DNA of 64,000 bases from Amphiscolops sp. MND2022 (taxonomy: Eukaryota): NCBI GenBank assembly GCA_964187785.1, contig OZ076409.1, positions 49,354,001 to 49,418,000 of the forward strand. Direction: 5' to 3'. A program made the translations under genes and the position numbers. Numbering within the stretch: the stretch's first letter is position 1; the number at the start of each line of letters is the position of its first letter. Shown in pieces: positions 37,713 to 48,137 of the stretch. The notes under the pieces were generated by a model. The model made no database searches. It saw only the letters and a list, made by a program, of their open reading frames with translations, and was not told the origin of the DNA.

Positions 37713-40700
37713 CAACCGAGGATCCCCCCACCACATACGTTAACAACACAACGATTGAATGCAATGACACACCAACTGAAGACTGGCTAAGACGACAAGC
37801 ACTCGCTTCTATAAAAAGGCCATATCCACAAACTGAACAAGCAGAAACCTACACTCACGATAAAGACTACAGGGACAATCCTAAACAACAAGCAAATCGT
37901 CCTACCAACTTACCCCTCATCAACAGAGAACTCTCCGCTACAAACCAGGTAGAACAAAATGAAAGCGCCTCCGACGACCGCCTATCGTCAAAACAAAATG
38001 AAGGAGATAATCACGACTCCACCAAGACTTTTCTGTCCCCAGACGATTTCCCCACATCACTCAACTCAATCAAGGAGTACGTAGCCGAAAAGGATGGAGA
38101 AACATATATACCTCTCCACTCCACTATATTCCTCAAGAGCAGAAGGAGAATGCTGTACTTGCCACTAGAATTCGGTGAAATAACAATGGATGGACTTGTC
38201 GACTCAGGTGCGTTCATCAATGCCATGTCCTGGTCAGACTACAACGCAATCAAAATGAATAGTGATAGTTGTGTCATAAAAGAATATCCTCAACCTCCCT
38301 TCAAAATCGAATGCGCAAACGCACAACTAGAGCAACCAATAGCAACAGCGGACATCCAGTTCAACATCGGAACATATACCTTCACGGATACCTTCGTCAT
38401 CCTATCGAAAACGTCATTTCCCATCATAGGATTGAACTTCATGAGAAATCACCAAGCAGTAATTGACACTGCCAACGGGACCAATAATTTCCCACACGTC
38501 GAAATGACGCTAGCCATGACGGACGAGACGAAAAAATGCAACCCGAAACCGCTCCAAATAATGGCAGAAGGAAATCAAACCCTACCGCCCCAACAAACAA
38601 CAACAGTGAACGCAATAGTAATAACCACAAACATGCATGACGTCACTGGTGCGGTACAACCATTACCACAATTTGATGAAGCAGCAACAATCATTGTTGC
38701 ACCAGCACTAGCGACAGCCCACAACAAAAGGCTCAACATCCGAATCGCCAACTTAACGGATTTCCCTCATACAATAAAGAATCACACAAAACTGGCAGAA
38801 CTACAAATCCTCAAACCCGAGGACACGAAACAAATACGACCAGTAGACGCCGCTGCACTCAAATTGCTAGAAGATCCTGATGACACCCACATGTACATCA
38901 ATGAACTCATGAAAGCCAAAAAAACTGAACAAGGTGAGGAAAATTTCTGGTTTCCCACACCTGAGAACCCGGGAAACGAAGAAGAACATACGCCAATCCA
39001 ACGACGGATCCTGAAGGAAATCCGTGAACTAATCCAGAGAGAAGAGTTAGACCCAACCAAAGACCAGGATTCAAGACAAAAGTTCCTTGACATGTTTCAG
39101 TGGGAAGGTTCTCAAATCGAAGGCAACGACAGAAAGCAACTCGAGCAAACAATAGTCGAATACAACGATATCTTTGCCCGCCATCGCCTTGATATTGGAA
39201 TCAACAATAGCTTCAAAGTCAAATTAACTCCGAAAGACGAGCGCCCAATTTACACGCAAAGCCTGCCGGTACCAATCAACCTGAAAGAAGATCTAACAGT
39301 TGAATAAGCACTAACGCATAGGTACGGCATAATAACGACCCTACCATTCTCAAAATATGCAAGCCCAATCTTCGCACAACGCAAACCGAATGGCAACTTG
39401 CGACTACTCGTCGATCTACGAAAAATAAACGCATTAATCTCAGACGACTACATCAACAATAACCACCCAGTCAGCACCCTGTCAGATGCAGCTCAACATC
39501 TAGCTGGGAAAAAATTGTTTTGCAAACTAGACTGCTCACAGGCATATCATTGCCTACAGATGGCAGACCAACGATCAATCGAAATGCTAGCCTTCAACTT
39601 TGCAAGCAGAACGTTCGCCTACAAACGCCTAGCACAAGGACTGAGCAGAGCCCTGTCGGCATTTTCAAGCTTCATGCGAGAATACTTGGATAAAGTAATC
39701 AAGGCCGACCAATGCGCGCAGTACGTGGACGACATCGGAATTGCGGCCAACTCTGTGACACAACTGATACGCAACATTCGAGCAGTTTTTGAATGCATCC
39801 GAAGAGCGGGACTCAAGCTAACCATCGAAAAATGCCATGCCATTTCGGGGTAACTGAAGTCGAATTCCTTGGAAGAACGATCACACCACAAGGAATCGCC
39901 CCGCAGGATCATAAAATTCAAAAATTCCTAGCAAATGTGAGATTTCCAAAATCCAAGAAACAAGTACAAAGATACATCGGTTTTGTCAATTATTATCGCA
40001 ACTACATCCCGAGACTGTCTGAGAAATTGCTCGGATTCTATGAACTACTGAAAGCAGACAAGCAAATCAAAATCACAGAAGAACTACTCGACCATTACAA
40101 AGCCATGAACGCAGCACTGGCGCAAGCTTGCGGTTTGGCACTCAAACAACCAATCACAGGACGACAGTACGTCCTGATGACGGACGCCAGCTTCCGAGCC
40201 TCTGGCTACGCACTAATGATTGAGGAAGACAACGACAAAAAACTCAATTCAAAAAAGAAGACATTTGCACCAGTCGCATTCGGATCAAAGGTGTTTTCCC
40301 CGGCTCAAATCAAAATGTCAATTTACTGCAAGGAATTTCTAGCAATCTATCACGCCTTCCTTGAATACAGCCATATTCTATGGGAAACAACCCTACCAAC
40401 TCTTGTGATGACCGACAACAGATCGGTAACGCGTTTCTTCCAAACAAAAGCAATCCCGCCTACTCTGTGGAATGCATGTGATTATGTACTACAATTCAAC
40501 TTCCACATAATGCACGTCGCGGGTACGCAAAACACGGCAGCCGATTTTCTGTCAAGAATTGATCTCAATCCCAAAGAAAGAGTTGAACTAAAAATCAGAG
40601 AGGATATTACAATCAGGCCCATCCAAGTGAATCTCCAATCAACGGACGTCGCGGATGAGGAACAACTTTTCTTCCTTCCGGATGAAACAATTGAAACGGA

Positions 40701-42597
40701 AGAAGAAATCCTATTGCAGAAAGAACAAACTAGACAAAATGCGCGCGACGAGGAGACGACCAAAATCAAAATAGCCATCAAAGAAACCACCCCAATCCCA
40801 ATAAATAAGGCATCTTATACCTTTGGGGCAATAAAGGAAGACGCACGTATTAGAGTCGAGCAAGACTCGAATTTGGTTTTCAAAGCAATCAAAAAGAAAT
40901 TGATATGTGAAGAATACGACAAACACCTTCTACAGACCGATCCGACAGCCAAGCGCCTCCTACTCCACGAGAACAGACTAATAGTGAAAGATGGAGTACT
41001 AATGCGCAAATATTACGAGGAATGTGGCCAAGTCACTCACCATCAAATTTTAATCCCCGAACATTTAATCACAGAACTCTTGAAAGCAATTCATGGACAA
41101 ATGGGAAAGCATCCAGGAATCACAAAAATGATCCAAGAATGCCGATCAAAGTACTACTACCCAGGATTAGCAAAGAAGATCAGACAGTGGGTAATGCAAT
41201 GCGAAGAATGCATCAGATACAAACGAATCAACAACAGCCAAATCCGACCAAAGATGATCAACAATACGGAACACGTCCTAGGTCCAGACGATATCCTAGA
41301 AATTGACATATTGCCGAACTTACCAAACTCCGCGGGATATCAAAACATCGTCACGATGATTGATGTCTTTTCACGTTACCTATTTGCATATCCAACGCAG
41401 AATAGCACAGCAAAAACAATAGGACGATGTATTGTCGACGTCATGACAAGACACGCATACTTGCCAACATTAACCTTATCAGACAAAGGCTCACAATTCC
41501 GATCAGAAATCGTCGCAGAGATAACCCAGATACTTGAAATTCAAATCAGCCACGCATCTACGAAGCATGCACAAACAATCGGAATTCTGGAAAGAACGCA
41601 CGCTTCAATCAAAACCGCCCTAAAAACGGGCGAACGACGCTCAATGTGGCACAAATATGTCCAAATCGCAGTGATGAATTACAATACAACATACCATGAA
41701 ACTCTGGGCTGCGAACCATCTACAGTATTTCACGGACGTATACCTTACAACGTTCTCGATTTAAAACTGGGCATCAAGCCAAAGTGGAAAACCACCCCCC
41801 ATTCGGATGTAGCAGAACAACTCCAAAAACAAATTGACGAAGTGCGAGCGACGGCAAAGGACAACATCATGCTGTCCTATCTCAAATACAAAAAATACTA
41901 CGACCGCAAAGCAACCGGGGCTCCATTAAAAATCAACGACTACTGCTATATACTTAACCCGAAAGCCGACAATCAGTCGACAAAGTTTGCGTTTCAAGAT
42001 TGCATCTGGACAGGACCGTATGTAGTAATCAAAGTGCTTTCAAACAACAACTACACAATACGAAAAATTGGCACAAGATATACACAAACACTACACAGAA
42101 TTCGCATACGACCTTACGTGCCAGAACAACGCTTGCCCGACGTCACAGTACGAGCCAACGACTACCTTCCTGACCCAGAAGTTACAGTCTCACACAATGA
42201 ATGGTATGCGGTATCATGGGAAATGGATTTTGGAAAGCAGATTGATGAACACGAAACATCGGAAAGCACAAGAAACAATCACCACGTAGAAATACGAGAA
42301 GTGACAAATGCAAACGACGGCAACACAACGCCACAAGCGTCAAATGATAACAGCGAAGATACAAATGACGAGGCACCGCCGTCCCCGGATTTTTCAAATC
42401 TTACTACGGACGTGGGAGATAACCCATACATACGCCGTCCCCCACCCCTTGAAAGCCCACCCATTCCCCCAAGAACACCGCCTACAGTTGTCGGATATAA
42501 CCCGAGACAAACAGCAAAGTACAATTTGAGACCTAATCCTAAGCCTAATGCTAATCCTGACTTCAGACGACTTGACGCTATGACTACGACTCACTAA
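37655..42597 (+). pseudogene. pol: Pol of element 3 (PR, dUTPase-like linker, RT, RNase H, IN) with two lesions
   Basis: LVDSGA protease, YVDD, TDAS, HHCC, DDE and GPY motifs. In-frame TAA at 39305-39307 and a 5-nt duplication (tgcca) at ~39833-39842 that shifts the frame. Confidence 0.92.
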
Positions 42598-42818
42598 AAG
42601 AAAAGATCATATCTGGAGTCCAGCCCGAACCGGACTGACAATTTTCCAATTTACAAGCATACTACAGCCTGAATAAACGTCTTTTTTTTCTTTTTTATAT
42701 ACAACTCCTACAGTCTACAATTTCATGTGGCACATCATAAAGCTACAAAGAAAATAAACAAAAGATATCAACACAACAACAACTAATGAAATCCGAGTTT
42801 ACTGCAACAAAACTGAAG

Positions 42819-45800
42819 TCATTTCTTCTTCGAGCCAGACGTAGCTCCTTTACCCGCAGATTGCTTTGACTTCTTCTTAGACTTCTTCACATCGACTACA
42901 TCAGGATCAACAGCACCTTTTTCACGTCCCAACAAAGAGGCAACACTCCCATACACCTTGGTCTTGCTGAATCGAAAGGAACTGGATCCACTAGACGAAG
43001 GGACAGGTGGGGCAGAAATAACAGACGCAGCTGGACTTTCAATCAAGGAGGAACCTTCGCAATCACCACCACTCTCGCCATAGGGTTGACCATCACTGAG
43101 ACTCCTTTTCCGACTCACTCGTTCATCAAACAGACGACGATATCGATTGACGAAAGCAGATTGATTCACCCCACATAAACCGTCCCATGGATCAAACCCA
43201 CCAGACGACATAAAAGTACTGGCAGTAGCAATTGCTTTCCGCACTTCATTCATCGTAAACTGGGTAAAGAAGGACTTCAACCTAAACTCAGATGACACAA
43301 CGCAACTTTGAACACCTTGCACACAGGATGCAACCACGTGAGACGGAACAGCACAATCGCTGAGATCAATCTCCACAGCAGGAAAATCAATGCGAGGCCT
43401 CAATACTGCCAGACAACATAGTTTGAACACGCTACACAATGACTTGCGCGCCAGAAAGCAATAGTCGGACAAAAGATAATGCCTTACGTCACTGATTGAC
43501 TCAGCACTGACTCCACTATTGGCATGCCGAGACCGGGCATCCACAACCAAGTTTGAATACTCCTCCACGGCTGCTTTCGACTCTCGCGAAGAGACAACTC
43601 CACTCCGCTCCAATACTCGAATCAATGTCTGGAACAATACTAGCATATGTTGATCGTCCCCTTCGAGTAACAATTCAGGACAGAAACAGTAAACGCCCTG
43701 AGGAAGCTCTCCAGTAACGGGCTGCTGACCCAAAATGGCGATAACTAGGCGATCAATAAATTTAGGACAAAGATCCTGGAAGACGCGAAACTCTCCTCCT
43801 TTGTGACTACGCAACACAGCACCAAAATCATGGTTATGAAGGAAATCACAGGAAGCAACATTTTCGAATCCGTCCAATTTCTGTAGGTCCATGTAACCCT
43901 CCCACGAATTCAGACTCGGCAACGACCCAAGTTTACGACTTCGTGACAGAAGACAGTACACAAATTGGCAAATTTCCATGTAACCATGGAAACCATAATC
44001 ACTTCGCCCTGAAGACTGCTTCTTGAACGAACAGGAATCTGAAACACAAGACACACCATCATACTCGGCACTAGCCATTTTTTCCTCACCCCCACACAGT
44101 ACTACGCAAGAACATCACACAAATACCACTATCTCGCGAACTGCAAATACGATACACCACAACAGCATACTCACGAAGTTCAAGCACATGCAGAAAAAGA
44201 CCCAGGTGCAACCCTCCAGTAGCCTCAGAGTACACATGCCAGTCAGTGCAACGCATCTACAACAACAAATCGCCAACAGTCAACAACACCTATACCTGTG
44301 CGAACAACAATATACGAAACGATCAGCTACGCAAACAAGACAAAATCATTACCCGGCCAGCAGCAGTTTTGAAATGTCGGGGTCCAGTGTGTCTCACAAA
44401 ATCCTGAACAGACGACCACACTGAGATCAAGTCAGCAACTACACCTCGTAGATCAGCGAATTTGACATGCCCAGCAATGATGCATCGTCGGAGACACAAC
44501 GTACTCTCGCACCAGGGCTCTTGAATTGCACCCCGCAAGCGCAGCATCAAAAAGTCCACCATGGCAGTTGTTTCCAGTCCACCAAAAACCTCCTGATGCG
44601 CGAGCTGATAGCAATGCAAGAAGACGTCCACAGTGAATTCCCGATACATCAGAAACTCTCGCCCGTCAACGCGATTGTCACTTAGAATCCTCAGCAAGGT
44701 AGGACTACAGCCCTGACATGACAAAGGCATCTGGCATGACGCAGTGCTATCAATGACACGTGACAAACCAGCCAAGTCAGCCTCGGGAATGCGTTGCCCA
44801 GAAGCCTCAACCCTCACACAAATGCTCATCAGGGTATGCTCATCAAAGGTCTGCACGAAACACTTGTGGTACCCATCGCTCTCCATGAAAGAAACACTGT
44901 ACTCTCGGAAAGCGCCAATTCGAGCGAACAAGGAGCGCAACACACGAGGGAACAAAGCCTGGCAGATCAGCGACTAAAACACAAAAAATTTTTTTCCAAC
45001 ACATGAGGCCCGATACAAAGATGAGCCTGCGCACTCTACATACAACCCCCCCCCTCACGAATAACAAATACTAAACTGCCGGACATTTTGACTTACTAAC
45101 CAACGACTCAGGACGACTCCAGTGCACATTGTATAGTGGGTTCTCGGGACCCAGTGTCGCCCGGAAACACCCCCACAATCTTCGCAACAGAAGGTAACTG
45201 CCACCAAACCGCAACAGCTCGATCAGACAGTTCACCATTGACATCAGGGGCACACTGGAATCGGCTTGCACACAGGCAGGGAGCAAGTCCTCAGGAAAAC
45301 TAAACCCCTCATTTTTCCCTTTGTTAGGTCGATTGCGATATTCCTCCAGCTGAGCGTCACTGAGCACCATTGGGTCCATCAGACGATTAAATACCGGCAG
45401 ACCATTTTGAACACGATAGGTCACATCCAGCAACCAGTGCCGTTTTCCGAAGAAGTGACGACTGAACTCTGCTACCCCACGTGACTCCATGGACACGTCC
45501 CGCTGGCAAATCATGCAGTGAAACATCTTAGCAGAACCAGTGCTGGAACCACTGACAAAGAGCTCATATATCGGATTGCCAGTGACCATATCGCGACGAA
45601 GACGATTCCGAGGGCTGTACACTCGCTTACGACCACGATCGGCACTCTCCAAGGTCGTCTCCATACGGCTGATTAGCTCCTCAAACCCTGTAACAACCAA
45701 ACTCTGGCATCATGAAACTCAATTAGAAGACGTACGCCACCCGGAAGAGGAAAAAAAAGAAAAAAAGGAAAAAGAGAAAAACAGGGAAAAGAAGGAAAAA

Positions 45801-46944
45801 GATGCCTAACATCTATCAACAGACGAAAAGAATATCAAAATAACTCCACCAATCCAACTGAACTTACGTGCAACGAACGGATCCAAGGCATGTCCTTCTA
45901 CGTCGGAAAGTCCTCCAGACGACACCCCGACTTGCTGTGCGGGTGTAAGAGGCAGCACACCACTAATGCCCTGCTCATCGTCACTGTCGTCCACACGGAA
46001 CCGAATTATGGGAGCGCCAAACTGGAAAACAGTCTCAGCAGGCTGTTCTGACGCTGATCGCATCTCTGACCCGCTCCCGTCGGGAATCATCAATTGCACT
46101 ACAACAAGTTAGTTACAGTTAAGACATAATACCTCCTCACATAACAAAGCGACAAGAGAAGGACATAACCTCAGAAACACGCCAATGGCAATTGACCTAC
46201 ATGAGAATACACAAATATCATATAAATATCAAAGCAACAATACGACAACTCACCACGTTTGACTTTGGTCCCTCCGTCGCCAGAACTTCCTTCTGTTCTC
46301 TTTCGACGAAGAAACGATGAGAATCGAGGAGAAACAGTTTTCTGCCCTTCAGCATTTCTCTGAGCAGGGGGGGATAACCCCTCACCTCCGCGAGAGTCCA
46401 TCTTGTCGACCGCGTTGGCCACCTTAGCAAGAGCCGCCAGAGGAACGTCTGAATCTTCAGAACAACACGTAGGAATGACCGAAGCAGCGGGAGGAGAAAC
46501 CTCAGTCACTATCTCACCACCCCCATGTGTTGACTCTGCGAGAGGCTCGAGACTAATTCCAGAGAGGTCACCAGGGAGAGAAGCCCTCAACTCAGCGACA
46601 GAACCACCAGCCAGAGGAGGTGAAGGAGTCGGATCTAGCAACAAACAAAACAATCCCGTGTTGACGCGTCAGAAAATCTAAGCTGTGAAAATACCATAAA
46701 CCAGAAGAGGCCTATCTGTCACAAGTGTTATTCACAAAAGCTTAATGGACCGGGGAAGAATAAGCTCACCTGTTGCTTGCCGACGAATGACATCCCCATC
46801 ACGCTGGTAGATGTCCCCCTCAGAGAAAACAAACTGAGTTTCATTACCACTCTGAGCTCCGGTATCACGCTGAAGGGAAGGAGGATTCTGATCCAAAAAA
46901 AAACAGCTGGGATCTGAAAAAACAGCCGAAATTGACGTCGGCAT
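42819..46944 (-). CDS. Spliced antisense accessory gene of element 3, ~1,098 aa: BED-like zinc finger plus hAT-transposase-like body and Lys-rich tail
   Basis: Predicted exons 46944-46770, 46634-46254, 46098-45868, 45687-45101, 44973-44353, 44256-44175 and 44038-42819. All six introns are GT-AG and join into one stop-free 3,297-nt frame. The same junctions and phases occur in the sister copy. The start codon is uncertain. Confidence 0.8.
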
Positions 46945-47190
46945 AACGTCGACAAAAAGGTTACCTGGGTTAAGAAATTAATCCGATACCCTAAAATGGC
47001 GTCATAAAAACGGTGACAAAATCAAAAGTTAGCTAAGCTAGCGAAATTGACGTCGGCATAACGTCGACAAAAAGGTTATCTGGGTTAAGAAATTAATCCG
47101 ATATCCTAAAATGACGTCATCAAAACGGTGACAAAATCAAAAGTTAGCTAAAGCTAACGAAAATGACGTCAGCATAACGTTGACAAACTT
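46927..47190. repeat. ~115-bp tandem repeat (x2.3) rich in GACGTC/CRE-like sites
   Basis: Units start at 46927, 47042 and 47158 (cgaaattgacgtcggcataacgtcgacaaa...). Confidence 0.85.
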
Positions 47191-47414
47191 GGCTAAACGG
47201 ATTAATTCAATTTGCAGCCAATAGAAAACGACGTTGGCACTGCGTCAACACCTAAAGATTAAAAAGGATTAAAACGATCGATTAACCAATCAGAATGGAG
47301 GGATTTTATCCCAATATTCTCCTTAATCCTAATTAATCCCAAATTCATTGTGGAACAATCAAAGGAGAAATTCAGCAACCCTACAACTCACGACTCGACA
47401 ACGGCAGAGCAAAA
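46945..47414. promoter_or_regulatory. Putative internal bidirectional promoter
   Basis: Lies between two divergent ORFs; contains the tandem repeats and CCAAT boxes (agccaatag ~47216, aaccaatcag ~47285); strongly conserved in the sister at ~56274-56745. Confidence 0.5.
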
Positions 47415-48137
47415 ATGAACTCTCTCAAAAACGTATACGAGCTAATCGACATTTCGTCCAGCGAAGATGAAAGTGAACCTGTGGAGAGATCGTCGACCCC
47501 TCTTCACAGAGAGACGCTGCCTAACTATAGAGTAATACTAAAAAATTCCCTCTCCTCTGCAGAAGCCGTGGCTGATGAAGAAGAATATTTCGACGTGTCA
47601 GCAGACTCGCTTGAAGCAAGCTACAAAAGGATAAGACTGAATTCAAGTCTGTCCTCCATTGACTCTAGCTCCTACCCTCAACGAGAAGGGAATGCAGTAA
47701 CACAAGCAGGTGAAGAAATCCCGGACAGTCCTGAAAGCCCGGACGAAAGCATGTCGTCGGATGTGTTCATCGTGGAGGAAGCCATTGGCAACGAGCCATC
47801 ATTCTCGGGCAGCAAAGTCATGGAATACCTCGAAAAGGTACACCAAGAAGATTCATCATCATACTTTGTCACGCCACCAGGAACTCTCAGAAAGATAAAT
47901 TTCACTCACGCGAGCCCATTAAACGATCTCGAAGCGGAACGCAGCTTTAACGGCTCGGAAGAAACTGAGATGAGACCACCACCACTTACGTTTTTGCCAA
48001 GACAACCAGGTGTTTTCCCCAGAGGAGCGGCCCTGTCACAGCCCGCTCCCGGTCTGGCTTGTGGTTGCAGACGGCTGAAGATTGGGAGAGGACACGGAGG
48101 TAATCTGAGATTCCCCAAATCTTATTTTAACTGGTAA
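47415..48137 (+). CDS. 240-aa acidic, Ser-rich accessory protein with SUMO-interacting-motif-like N-terminus, overlapping the PPT and 3' LTR
   Basis: Intact in both copies (sister 55563..56273, 236 aa). The first 20 codons differ by 8 synonymous and 0 non-synonymous codons. Confidence 0.85.
   Translation: MNSLKNVYELIDISSSEDESEPVERSSTPLHRETLPNYRVILKNSLSSAEAVADEEEYFDVSADSLEASYKRIRLNSSLSSIDSSSYPQREGNAVTQAGEEIPDSPESPDESMSSDVFIVEEAIGNEPSFSGSKVMEYLEKVHQEDSSSYFVTPPGTLRKINFTHASPLNDLEAERSFNGSEETEMRPPPLTFLPRQPGVFPRGAALSQPAPGLACGCRRLKIGRGHGGNLRFPKSYFNW

Noticed and set aside
46170..46196. Extra mini-exon in intron 2 of the antisense gene (AG...GT flanked)
   Set aside because: Including it introduces an in-frame TGA, whereas skipping it preserves the frame. 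A poison exon cannot be excluded without RNA data.
42600..47000. Antisense gene as an independent nested DNA transposon insertion
   Set aside because: No TIRs or TSD seen around it, and it occupies the same position in two diverged elements with conserved exon structure.
46927..47190. CRISPR-like repeat-spacer structure
   Set aside because: Whole 115-bp units repeat, with no variable spacers.
42819..48137. Possible env gene in the extra region after pol
   Set aside because: No signal peptide, furin site plus fusion peptide, or transmembrane anchor. The large gene is antisense and looks nuclear; the sense ORF is acidic and low-complexity.
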